A DNA stretch of 64,000 nt from Hydrolagus affinis (Eukaryota), in NCBI GenBank assembly GCA_012026655.1, contig JAAILG010000035.1, positions 1 through 64,000 of the forward strand. The letters run 5' to 3'. Position numbers and translations under genes: made by a program. This document shows, one piece after another, positions 52,549 through 64,000 of the stretch. Numbering within the stretch: position 1 is the first letter of the stretch; the number at the start of each line of letters is the position of its first letter. The notes below the pieces were generated by a model. The model did no database searches. It was not told where the DNA came from and saw only the letters and a list, made by a program, of their open reading frames with translations.

Positions 52549-53909
52549 GGAGATGCCAATCTTCAGGTGAGGTGTTGTACTCAGGTCCTGTCTACCTGTT
52601 CAGGTGAACTTTAAAGATCCTGACTCACCATTCCAAAAGTTAAGAGACTGATTCCTGCTGTCCTGGACAACAGTCCCCCAGACTGTTTGTGTAATAATGC
52701 TATGCGCATAATATATCCTGTGAAGAGATTTGTGGCATCCTCCTGAAGAGAAAGGAATTGCATCAAATCTGAGTATTATTCATTAATAATAATTATTATT
52801 ATTTTAATAACTTCAACAAAAGTAGAATTTGTTGCTGTGGGATGATCAAATTGGCAAGTTCATTGAGTTACAATTTTTTTTAACTGTATTCTAATTTAAT
52901 GTACCACAAATTTCACTACAGCCATTTGTGCAATGGTGACTTAAGTTTTCCAGGAAGCGCAAACACCATTGCATCCTCTTGTGCCATGACCTTTGTTGCG
53001 GAGATGGGACATTGTGCTGCAGAGACAGCAACTATCCTGATTCTGAGAACTGATCGAGTAAGTGGAGCGCAGGGAAATTCAGCCACTATTCATTTCCTGG
53101 TTCCCCGCAGAAGCAGGCTCATTTCCACAGACAAACTCATATTGGAAAGAACAGTACAAAAGGATGTTTACACTTATGTTTCACTTGATTTGGGTGAACC
53201 GAAGCACACGTTGAGAGGCGAATAATGCTTCCAGCCTGTCACATAGGTGCTTTTCAGATCACCTGTCTGTTTCTCTTCACTAACCATTTCCTGACCGGTC
53301 CGGGTTTTCAAATTAATTTCCGCTTCATTCTTCAATGGAAAGGAGGGAAAAAAAATCTTGTGTTAGGCTTATTTTGTACAATGATCCAGAACAGAAATAG
53401 AATGAAAAATATTGGAAAACGTTGACATTAAAGCACACATGGAAGTTATCAAAAGTCAAGTCCAATCTTTGGTGATGGAAGATGTGAATTTTGTTATTAC
53501 TTTGATGTGATGTGAAAATTCTTTCTCTGTCCTGTGAGTTTAATACACTCTTGGGCTAACAAAAGCTACTGTCACTTTAAGGCTTGTTTTAAAGTGCATA
53601 CAGGTTTTAAGCCTGGATGTGTTCCCAGTTTTCTGTGATAAGTAGTCACTATATAAGCAAAACAGTGTATTCAGGAAGAAAACACATGAGAATTTTTAAT
53701 TCCAACCCACAGTCACGTTACCACAATAAATATTAAACACGATGAACGGCGATCATGGGACCAGCAATCCAAATCTTTCACAAATAAAATGCAGAGCCAG
53801 AATAAACTATACAGCCTGTGTTTGCTAGGAATGTATGAAAAAAAAATCCCTGACCTGCTGCCTAGGGCTAGCTTAATATGAAGTACATTTGGCTGTTATT
53901 TTACCAAGT

Positions 53910-54170
53910 AGCTGGTGAACGAAAGGAAAGGAGGTTTTGGCCACTTTCCAGACTTTCTTCCCCCACTCTCTGGAACTGAATCGCCCCCTGTATCCCACTT
54001 TCAAAACCCATCTCAGGACTTGCCTCTGACCGCGCTTCTGGTCATCTTTCCCACTCACTCCCCACCTCCACCCCCACTCCTCCCACCCCATTCTTCATCA
54101 TCCGCCATCTGGCTCAGCTGCCCAGCCTGCTGTGAAAAGTGCGTTGAGACATCCTCCTGATGTGAAGGAT
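53910..54170 (+). mobile_element. L2 3' end fragment
   Basis: ccccactctctggaac..cactttcaaaacccatctcaggacttgcctct and stem-loop tail gttgagacatcctcctgatgtgaagg. Confidence 0.65.
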
Positions 54171-54659
54171 GGAATACATTTGATAAAGTGCTTTTCACAT
54201 TGGGAGGATGTCTGAAAGCGCTTCACAGGGTATGCTATAAAGTGTACTGAGGGCATTTGTAAGCAAACACATTTTGCCGATTGTTGGCCAGGAGACCGGG
54301 AAAAACTTCCTTTTTCTTTTTAAATACAGTACTACCATGGGATCTTTAACATCCACCTGAATGGGCAGATTAACTGTTTAACATCTCATCTACAGGACAG
54401 CACCTTCAACAGGGGCATATGGGAAAAGGGCAGGTAAATGAAACTCTTAAAAGAACCAGCACAGACAATGAATGGCTGAATGGCTTCTGGTTGTAAATTT
54501 GTAGGGTTCTCACAAGGTAGTGCACCCTTGCCTTCCAGCAACAACAACAATAACTTGCATTTATATGGTGACCCTCAATCAGTGATGCATCCCAGAGGGC
54601 TTCAATGCTACTAGGGTGCCAGCCTAAACAATACATTCCAAGTCCTGGTGTGCTGCTTA

Positions 54660-54980
54660 AATCCACAACATTCGTGGTGCAGCATTAAAGGCCAAACAGA
54701 TCAAATGTCACAGGTTCAAGCGCTGAGTTACCTGGTCTCAGAAGGAGCCTCAGTCAGAGCAAATATTTGGCTGCAAAGACCCTGGGTTAGCAACAGCAAA
54801 ATCGGCCATTGTTTCCTATTCCTGATCACTACCTGGAGATTCCTCCGGGAAGGTTGTGGATGTTTGCTGAGGACAAAATCAAGCTCAGTCATAAAGAGTC
54901 ACGAGCAACAGCCTGCCAACAATCACTGTCAGGCTCACGCGTGACTAATGGTTATTTGGGCAAGTTATTGACCAGCTCAC
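54660..54980 (+). mobile_element. Old SINE-like interspersed repeat (unclassified)
   Basis: Motifs ttcctattcctgatcact..tgaggacaaaatcaagctc..ctcactgtcaggctcac recur in reverse orientation near 59030-59165 and 61140-61330. Confidence 0.55.
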
Positions 54981-56418
54981 TTAGAAGCTGATCCCAGCGG
55001 AAGGAAGAATGAGTCAAACACCTTCAGGAGAGGAACAGTGGGACAATTTGGCAAAAACGGAAAACCGTGAATGCTAGAAATTTGAAATAAAATGCTGGAA
55101 ATGCACAGCGGGTGGGTCAAAAATAGTCTCAAAGAGCAAGTACACTTGTACAATATATTCCCCATTGATAAATCTACCCCCACAAAGCTTGGTTTAGTCA
55201 GTCTTACCAAACACTTGTTTTCTCCCTTACAGAACTCCTGTTATGAATCTGACACATACTGACTTCTGATTTGATGAACAGTTATTTGCAGTGCACAGAG
55301 AAATACCTTTCTGCTGATGTTTGGCAGCATTTCTTAGAGAACTACAATGCACTGGTTGTCAAACAGCAAAGCGGTTTGTAATGGGAGCTCAGCTCCTTCT
55401 TCCCCTGTGATAGACATAACCAACAAATGTCAGCAAATAAATTGGTGCACCCCATTCTCATTTATTTAAATAAGTAATAAAAATGTGGCACTCAAACCAC
55501 AACTCTTTGTGGGACTCAGCTATGTGCAATTGGCTACTGCATTTCATCCACACAATATGCAGTACTGTCAATTTAATTTACGGTATATATTGTGAAGAGC
55601 TTTGAAGCAACCCAACAATGTGTTAAGGCTATGTCAAATGCAAGGATTATTATTTGTATTTTTCAGAGAGGAAACATCTCTAATTTTAAAGCCAATTATA
55701 TTACAAAGGAAGATGGGAGACTAATACCCAGAAAATGTTTTATTTTCCCTATAATTTTTTTTTAAAAAGCCATATTTATAAGATATGTGTCACAATTTAA
55801 GCAGTTTCTTTTTGATAAATACGATTTGATAAATATTGTACACCAATTGACTTTGCAGGTTGAAAGAAGCAAATTTAAATAAATTTATTTTTCGCAACCA
55901 ACCAGTAGAGCATATTAAGCAATATTACATCCTGGCTCATAGGCGATTCTTCAAGGTTACATTGCAGGATGTTGCTTAGTCATGGCTGATGTGTGTGTCT
56001 ACTCACTTGGAGATGTTTAAAACTGGATGGTGTTGGTGGTGCCTATCAGTGGAGTTCTCCAGTGTTGACAAGTCAGCAGCTCTTCATATCAACACAAGAG
56101 CAGACACTGGGGAGTCCATGTTCTCTTACTGCTTCAGACTGGCTAGAAGAGAGTCTCACAGTCCAAATTCCATTCTTGTCAGGGTGACTGCTTTTCTTAT
56201 CCAAGACAATTTGTTCCAAAGCCCTGTGACTAATAAATATGTCAATGTGTAATCACTATCTGATTTAATAGTTTGGTCGTTCAATCCACTACTGTTTGTG
56301 GGACACTGCTGTGCACAATTGGCTGCCGCGGTTTGCCTACAAAATATACAGTCAATTCACTTTACAGTATATTCAGTCCCATCTTGATAATCACTTAATT
56401 TCTTTACTTTGATGTGTT

Positions 56419-56857
56419 AGCTTAGCTCAGAGGTAGACTCTCTGTTCAGAAGATTGTGAGTTCAAGCTCCACATTGGCACTTGGAATTATGTAGTCTAAA
56501 CTGACACCCCAATGCAGTGCTAGGGGTGTGTTACATTATCAGAAATGCCGTCTTTCAGATAAGATATTAAACCGAGGTCCCGTCTGCCTTCAGGTGGATG
56601 TTAAAGATCCCAAATCACTGTCCAAGAAGAGAAGGGAGTTTCTCCCAGTGTCCTGGCCAATAATCCTCTAAATAAAATTGTCCAGTCACCAAATGGCTAA
56701 TTGTGGGACTTTCCTGTGTGGAAACTGGCTATGTTTGGCCAGAAATAAATAGTCAATCCACTTTACAGTATATCCTATGAAGCACGTTGCGATATCTCGA
56801 TGATGTGATGAGAATCTTTTTGTAAATGCAAGGACTATTATCATCAATATTATTATT
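56419..56857 (+). mobile_element. Near full-length DeuSINE (SacSINE-like)
   Basis: tRNA-like head tagctcagaggtag..gagttcaagctcc, Deu core gtctttcagataagatattaaaccgaggtcccgtctgccttcaggtggatgttaaagatccc, L2-type tail. Confidence 0.82.
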
Positions 56858-58814
56858 TTTACTTCAAATAAAAACAAACGCTGTGGATTAGCAGAGTAAC
56901 CTGCATCTGAAAGAGTAAACTAGGTTAATATTTTGGCCAGAAGCCTTCATCAAAACTCTTAGTTAATGTACTGATATTAAAATAATAAAATGAGTTGTTC
57001 ACATCATGGCTGCTAGTTGGACATTGCTGTGTGCAAATTGTCTGCCGTGTTCGCACAGTCAATTTGCAGTCAATTTTTTGAAATGTTTTGAAACCTCACG
57101 ATGTGAAATGTGCAATATCAAATGTAAAAATATTCTTACACTATTCGTAGTAGTGTTAGCATAAAGATTCCTTGTGTCTTGATCCAGCCATTTCGGTGTA
57201 GCGTTCACAGCGGCATAGGAACACATCCCCTGTAAGATGTCTCAGATGTCTTTGCACACGCTCACTTTCCACTGATTTCATAACGTCTGGTGAACCACAT
57301 AGCCGACAGTCTCTTGCCAATTTTACAACAAAAAAAATCTCTTCACGATAAACAAACTGGAAACAAACAAGCAAACTCCAATATTGAACTATTTAGAGGG
57401 ACTTGTAAGGTTGAATTCAATAAAAGTCCCAACTGTTATATATCATTTTTATTATAGATTGAACCTCCACTCCCTCCCTCCCCCCACCACCCCCCAACTG
57501 CCCCATACCTGGAAGCCTCCTGTTCAAGTAGTTTTTATATATGGCTGGAATTGGGATGCCTGGAACAAGTACAAGCCTCCCCATAGAGTCCTGGAGATTC
57601 TATGGTGATTGGCAACTCTCGATTCTAGACTAGCTGTATAAAGTTTCCATGGCAGACTTAAGCGCGTAAAATCGATGTACAGACTCGTAAAATTGTGGGG
57701 TTCTTTGCCCATGCATGGGTTCGGTCTGGGAAAAAGCTAACATCTGCCATGAAACAAAATCCTATTCTAAAGCACAACTGAAAATGGAAGTGCCCTTCCT
57801 GAAACGAAGAGTGCTTTTACATTGGTAAAATGAGTTGCCTCCAAAACTAAAAGCACGTCTTATAACAGTGTGGTGCTTTGAAAAGGGCAATGATGAATGA
57901 GCTAGCTTATTAAATGCAATACCACCTGTTTCTACTCAGAGGGAAATGATACATGTCAATGAACCATGTTATTAAAATGCTAAAAAGGATAAATAAAATT
58001 AAAACATCTTGAGGTAGTATCTTGCTTTGATTTCTTATTCAATAAAAGCAACATTCCAAACTATCTCTGAAAGTTTCCAAAGGTTTTGCATTGATAATAT
58101 TTCTCTCCCGGTGTGCAAGGGTGTTTTTTTGTGGATGGATTATTTTAAAATAAGTGGTAATTTCCATAATGTGAGCTCAGGGACCATGGATAACCTCACT
58201 ATAAGCTGCTCTAGACATCGGTTTACCATTGCAGCCACAAAAGTAAAATGAAGTTACTGTACAGAAATGTGATAACAAGAAGCAGTTAAAAAGTACTTGT
58301 TTGTGTGTGACTTACATGGAAAATGATACAACAACATGGTCTGATGATATGATTTATTGACTGGATCTTTAGCCCACTGAGCACTGGCCAAAAGTGGGAA
58401 AAATGTCCTTTTTCTATGAATATTGGAAACAGCTTCTGTTGTTGTTGGGTTTTTTCACTGCTGAAAAGACCTAATTCAAGGTCTGACCAGCAGGGGAGCT
58501 TGCATTAATAATGTTCTTATTCAACTGGGGAGATTGAGTGAAATTCATAGCTCTCTACAAGTCAGGTTAAATTTCATCAAATTATTTTCAGGTGTATGAA
58601 GGTATATATTTTTTCAAGCCTTAACATATAGAAAATTTGAACATTGGAATGCAATGCAGATTGATGTTGTTACTTTGCGACACAAAGTCTTTAGTTACAC
58701 GTATCAATACTGATATAATCAAATTTCCTTTATGCAGGAAATGTTTCAGTTGGATGGTTTGCACACGAACTTTAAATAACTTTGTACTGTATATGCCTTT
58801 TGCGTTTCCCTTAG

Positions 58815-58901
58815 TTACACCAAGCAGCCGAAATCTCGCAAGTTAGAGGAGCTCGGGTCATAGCAGCGGAAGACATTCTGTTCCTCATGCGCAAAGATAA
58901 G
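58815..58901 (+). CDS. SUPT3H: SUPT3H internal coding exon, 87 bp
   Basis: Acceptor gcgtttcccttAG and donor AAG|GTagac. Encodes [29 protein letters not shown] (recalled human [29 protein letters not shown]). Phase 0/0, continuing the previous exon. Not in the ORF track. Confidence 0.96.
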
Positions 58902-59173
58902 GTAGACCAAACATTTGAACTTGTTAATCCTTCTTACAAGTGATAAGTGCTGTAATTTTTTGTTTGCAAATGTTAATCCTCTTCCCTTGAAGGCACTATA
59001 TATACTTCCATAGGCCATCTGCAGTAGCTCACTCAGGTGAGCCTTGGCAGTGCATAAGCTGGCATCCTTTTTAGCTGTGAATAGAAACCGAAGTTACCCT
59101 CACCCTATTGTCCACACATGAAATGTTTCCAGCAGAAGTTGCCAGATTGTGATCAGAATTGAATACCTTAATT

Positions 59174-59377
59174 CAGTACTGGCCAAACTATGGCCTGCCG
59201 GGCATTCAAGAAGGAGCCCCTTGAACTTTGGCACTAGTATAGGTAAATTAGTGTTCGATCCGAAATGTTTCCATGTTTTTCCTTATTTAAAATTTCAATA
59301 TTTCATGGCATAAATCAAGAAATGTCCAATCAAGAATATTTATTTTGTTGGGCAACCAAAAAGATTAACCACCACTG
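59174..59377. mobile_element. Degenerate hAT (Charlie-like) MITE
   Basis: CAGT..ACTG termini; imperfect 8-bp TSD ccttaatt / ccctcatt. Confidence 0.55.
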
Positions 59378-59539
59378 CCCTCATTGATTATTTTATCATC
59401 AGATCACAAGTTTGGTTTGGTTGAAGAAGGCTCTTCATTCCATCTGATCTCATCCTTCCAGTACTCCCACTCTACCATCCTCCCATCACAGCACCAAGTT
59501 GCTTTTTAAATGGATGTCTAAAATCCTGATTGACAAATT

Positions 59540-60150
59540 ACAAACTATGGTCACTGGGTATTAAGGCCAAGGCACGGATCTGGATTCAGAATTGGTGAAA
59601 GGAAAGAAACCAGAAGGTGTTTATTAAGGATCCAGGTCAAAATGTGAGAGCCTCAGGGGGCTGGATCCTCCTGTTCCTCGTATGTATTAATAACCTGGAT
59701 CTGTAGACCTAAGGAAAGAGTTACTTTTGCAGTTGACAACAAGTTGGGGGGAAACTGGAATCAGAGGAGACCGCAAAAATGCTACAAAGAGAGGTTGATA
59801 GGGTCTGCACATGGGCTGATAACTGGCAGGTGAAGTTTAATACTGATAAATGTAAAATGCTACTGGCTCCCATTCCCTCAGAGGATAGCATTCAAAATCC
59901 TCATCCTTCAAAATCCTCAGCCTTCAAATCCCTCCACAGCCTTGCTCCTTCCTACCTCTGTGACCCGCTAACCCTCTATCAACTTGTTCTGCTCCCTCCA
60001 CTCAGTAGGCTGTGGTCTGCTCTAGTCCCCTGCACAGCCCCCACCGTCTTTAAGGGTAAAACATTCAGATTGTGTTGTTGCTGCTCTGACTCTTGGGATT
60101 AATCAATTTAAACTTCTGGTTAACTGACACATGTGAAAACTCATCGTTTT
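59540..60150 (+). mobile_element. CR1 RT fragment abutting an L2 3' fragment
   Basis: LQREVDRVCTWADNWQVKFNTDKCK (CR1) runs directly into AFKSLHSLAPSYLCDPLTLY (L2). Confidence 0.75.
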
Positions 60151-60595
60151 GCTTGAGTCTCCAAACGAAACTACTGAGAGTTCCACATATAAATCTCAAA
60201 TTTGTTTGTCTGGTATGGAGTACATGCTTACTCCCCAAAGGTGTGGTCTTCTAAAATAATCCAGGACAGTTTAGGCACATGCTGGAAAGAGCTAAGGTGT
60301 GTATATTAAGATACTGTTAGAATTTAACTAAGTAAAACTATTTCAAACATTGGCAAATGACCAGCTGATTGTCTAGCTAGAACTACCCTACCCCAGGACT
60401 TTGGCTTTCATGGTTAGGAGGAGCCAAATGGGAAGAATCCTTGACCCAAGGAACTGGAATATATCAACAACTGGCAGAAGTGACTGAGAAGCAATAACAA
60501 AAATACTATTGCATTTTGCACAAGAGTTTTCTGGTGGGAACTGTCATTTTGGAATTACCCATTAATATATTGGATTTGTTCATTGTTACTTCTAG

Positions 60596-60689
60596 AGAAA
60601 ATTACGGCGGCTGCTAAGGTATATGAGCTACAGGGATTTCAAGTCCAAAATTGTGAAGGGTGTTGAAGAAGATGATATTCTTGACCCAG
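60596..60689 (+). CDS. SUPT3H: SUPT3H internal coding exon, 94 bp
   Basis: Acceptor cattgttacttctAG and donor CAG|GTatga. Encodes [31 protein letters not shown] plus one base (recalled human [30 protein letters not shown]). Phase 0/1. Confidence 0.95.
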
Positions 60690-62038
60690 GTATGACCCAG
60701 TAACACCAAATTTACATTGTTTTAAGATAATACTTTTCTTTCAATTGCTGGTGCACTTGCCTCCTCACTCAGCTCTCAAGGCCTTGGGATGTCCTCCTCA
60801 CGTGAAAGGCACTCTACAAATGCAATTTGTTGTTGTTTGTTGTTGTAAGTCGCACCAGAGATACAACTTTGACACTGAAGGTTGAGTGAAAGATGTGAGC
60901 CAAACGGGAGTGGAATCAGATGGAAATAAAGTTTGTGATGGGGAGTGAAGTGGAAATGGAGGTAGATGTGAGCATAATTGAGATGACAAGCCAGAAGGCA
61001 ATCCACGTTGGAAAGATATATGTGGACAATCAAGATTTACTGCATTTTTAGCCATTAATTGTCTTCTCTCCCTTGTCACTTGTTCCTTCTACTGAAGCCT
61101 CTGTACCATAGGTGCCAATCATCGACCGGTTCTTTGCTGATGCGACCAGAATTCATTGTGAGCCTTGATAAAACTATTTTAGAGTCATAAAACTATTTGA
61201 GATATAATAGCCAAGCCTGATCCTGTCCTTACCCAATGTCTACACATGTCCATCTACCAATAGGGTGTCTGGATAATCATCAGTAGCAGGAACTCTGGCC
61301 ATTTGTGGCATCCCAACAGCTACCCTCGCTGATCCACTGCACTTTGTATACCATATGAATTTCCAACAGGAAAACAACATTTGCTTGCAACAATAAAAGG
61401 CACAGATTAAGAACAAAGTATATCTAGTCCCACTACGAACATCACTGAGTTATCAAGGGAGTTCATGGCTGTCCAGCTTCAGGAATACAATTTGATATTT
61501 TTTTCAGCAAACAAAACCCACTGTTTTTAATCTCAAGGAATGTAATTCCAAATACTATGCCGATTTAACTACTACCCACAGAGCATTGTTAGTTGTACTC
61601 TGCATCTGGTCATGCTGTACTCGAGCTGGAAGTGCTCAAAGTTGCTACTGAATGCCAAAAGTGGAAAAGTATTCCATTCCCCATCACTGACATCCATAAT
61701 CTTGATAAGCACAAATACTGACCAAAACATTTTTTTTAAAAAAAAGAACAGCTGCATTAAGAAGATCAGAATGGCTTGCTTAAATCTTGAAATTTGTTGG
61801 AAACATCCGGATGTACGATTGTTTTAAAACTTCGCTTTCTCTCCTGTGGTCATTTAAGATTTTAGTCTGTTACAGTGATGTCTATTTAAAAGAATGAGTG
61901 GGAACTCCTTATAAATGGATCCCTGCTATTACTGGTGTCTGCTGAGCAGGTGAGAAATCCCAGGGTCATCTGTGCTGCAGATGTGCAGGAATTTACATTA
62001 GTAACTTTCTTCCTTCCCGTTTTCTCGCCCACACATAG

Positions 62039-62172
62039 ACAAATCCAGCATCAGTATAAACAAGCGCCAGAAACTCTACCAGGAATTTCTCAGCTCCATT
62101 GACCAAACAGGAGACCTGCTGGGCCTGCTTGAAGAGGATGAGACAGATGAAGTCAAACAGGAGCGGCTGGAG
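62039..62172 (+). CDS. SUPT3H: SUPT3H internal coding exon, 134 bp
   Basis: Polypyrimidine tract then acacatAG; donor GAG|GTgggt. Encodes (D)[44 protein letters not shown] (recalled human ...[38 protein letters not shown]). Phase 1/0. Confidence 0.95.
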
Positions 62173-62392
62173 GTGGGTGGACCAGACTTTCCTGACCACG
62201 GGGGTTCACTGTGCCAGATTTGTGCTGTTCGCATTGATACATTCTGATGTCATGAAAACTTGAGTTTGTACCAACATCTGGTTTCCCATTACATTGAGAA
62301 TTGAGCTGAACATTTTTTGTTGCTCTGATATCTAGATTTCACACTGGTCTAACATTTGCAGTGATTCACACCGGGTAAACATTTGTTATCGT

Positions 62393-62712
62393 TAATAATA
62401 ATAATAAGCCTTGTAGTGCCTTATCACATCATCAAAATGCTTCACACGATTTACTGTAAATTGTAGTTACTGAGTGGCTACAAGCGAACATGGCAGCCAG
62501 TTTATGCACCTCAATGTCCAATTAGCAGCGTTGAAGAGAATAACCAAATTTTATCTGGAGGATTTCTGGCAAGTATACAGGGAGAAACTCCCTTCTCCTC
62601 TTGAGTAATACCTTACTATCTTTAACGTCCACCTGCACAGAAAGATCAGACCTCCCTTTAACATCTTATCCGAGAGAAGGCACAATGCAGTGAGTTGGAG
62701 TGTCAACCTAGT
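62393..62712 (-). mobile_element. DeuSINE, minus strand
   Basis: Reverse complement ctcggataagatgttaaagggaggtctgatctttctgtgcaggtggacgttaaagat (Deu core), body and (ATT)n tail. Confidence 0.72.
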
Positions 62713-63922
62713 CTGTGAGGTCAAAGTCTTATTCTCACCCTTATTCTCGTTTTCCTCTGTCCGCACCTTCAATCATTTTACCCGCCCACAAAGCCAGTGG
62801 TCCCCTACCGCTCCTGAATCCAACCCCAGTTCAGGTGCAAATCCTCGATTATAGAGCAGCTCGTGACATCCTTCCCACGTGAAAGGCACTGTCTAAATGC
62901 AATTTGTTATTGTTGTTGTTTTTCTGACTAAGAGGCCAGTGTGCTGTTGATTGAGCCAGGCTGACACCTTGTTTGCTTTGGTATCTTGATGTCATACAGG
63001 TTAAAATTGGTTTGCCCTGACTTCAAACTGCCTGTTTTTGTCCATAAGAATAATTGACTTCTCATACCTCTGGTCTTTAATAAACTCAGCCTGAAGTGAA
63101 CATCTACTCCACAGAAAAAAATTGCTTTTCTAACATCCTGGGTTCAAACTGCTGTTTGATTCCCTGCAGGGAAAGTAAATACACAAGTAGGTTTTTTTGT
63201 GAACAAACATCATTGATGGTGGGAGTTTCCTGCCTCAGTTCCATGAATCATTGTCTGCAAATGTGTTAATTATGGTAGCAGGCTCATTGCAAATATGAAA
63301 GGGAGCATTTTGGGAATAAAATGAATCTATATTTGTCACAGGATATATGCATTCCTCTGTGATTTGCCTTGAATCTGTTGGTTTAAGATTAATGAATCCA
63401 TCCACATCATGCATGTTGTAGTTTAACTACAAAGTATCATTGAGAATCAGCTTTATTGTGGGAAGATAAGTATTTTCATTTAAATCTGCTTTGTTGGGTA
63501 GATGGCTTTATTTTATTACAAAATTGAAAACTTAATCATTTGTACACTGAAACGTTATTTCTCTGGGAATCAGTTGGGTGACATATGCGGAAACACATCA
63601 CCATGTGTGTGAAGAAGGAGAGAGAGTACACAAAAAGGTGTGAATGTGTGAAATGATAAGGCAGGTGGTTGAGGCAGATCGGGTCAACAAATTCAAGAAG
63701 TAATTCTTGATTATGCACAGCTCCAAGGACACTCAACAGTTCGCCAGTACTGTACATTGTGTATTTATAGGAGAACATGAAAACCAATTTGCAAACAGGA
63801 AAGTTTCACAAATACTCGTGGAATTAATCACAAATTTTACCTGTAGGATTGCTGGCCAAGACACTATTTGGAATAGTGCCATGGGATCTTTCATGTCTAC
63901 CTGAACAGGTAACTAGAAGTCT

Positions 63923-63960
63923 GAGTCAGGCAACTGAGTAAAAGAGTCAGGCAACTGAGT
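63923..63960. repeat. Short tandem duplication
   Basis: gagtcaggcaactgagt occurs twice, 21 bp apart. Confidence 0.7.
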
Positions 63961-64000
63961 GAGAAACAAATGATAGATTTTCTGCTTGAAAATTATTGTT

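Larger units (their letters stand above)
5708..58814 (+). other. SUPT3H: ~53 kb SUPT3H intron
   Basis: GT..AG interval between two exons whose peptides join without a gap (..QLINM|LHQAAE..). Confidence 0.9.

Noticed and set aside
1-64000. Window-wide enrichment of RUNX sites
   Set aside because: Scattered TGTGGT/ACCACA hexamers do not obviously exceed chance for 64 kb; I did not count them exhaustively.
1-64000. Remaining six-frame ORFs as novel genes
   Set aside because: All are short, many start at non-ATG codons, and most overlap SINE/LINE fragments (recurring IIIII and [10 protein letters not shown] translations); none has a recognisable domain or exon chain.

Overview
Eukaryotic (vertebrate) DNA, not prokaryotic. 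The repeat content (DeuSINE/SacSINE-like and tRNA/CORE-like SINEs, many CR1 and L2 fragments) suggests a cartilaginous fish; that is an inference. The window holds four consecutive internal coding exons of SUPT3H (SAGA/STAGA subunit Spt3) on the + strand: 5623-5707, 58815-58901, 60596-60689 and 62039-62172. All have canonical AG/GT sites and compatible phases, and a ~53 kb intron separates the first two. The rest is intronic: retroposons, at least eight non-autonomous DNA transposons with readable TIRs/TSDs, nested insertions, and several repeat-free blocks. Those blocks may be conserved enhancers, because SUPT3H is interlocked with RUNX2 in jawed vertebrates. Almost all six-frame ORFs are spurious or transposon-derived. 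I found no convincing new protein-coding system. The best leads are a telomeric-repeat foldback element with a doubled end, a MITE carrying ~740 bp of extra cargo, covarying L2/SINE 3' stem-loops, and an in-frame three-exon cassette bracketed by inverted DeuSINEs. Repeat family names come from recalled consensus features, not database searches.
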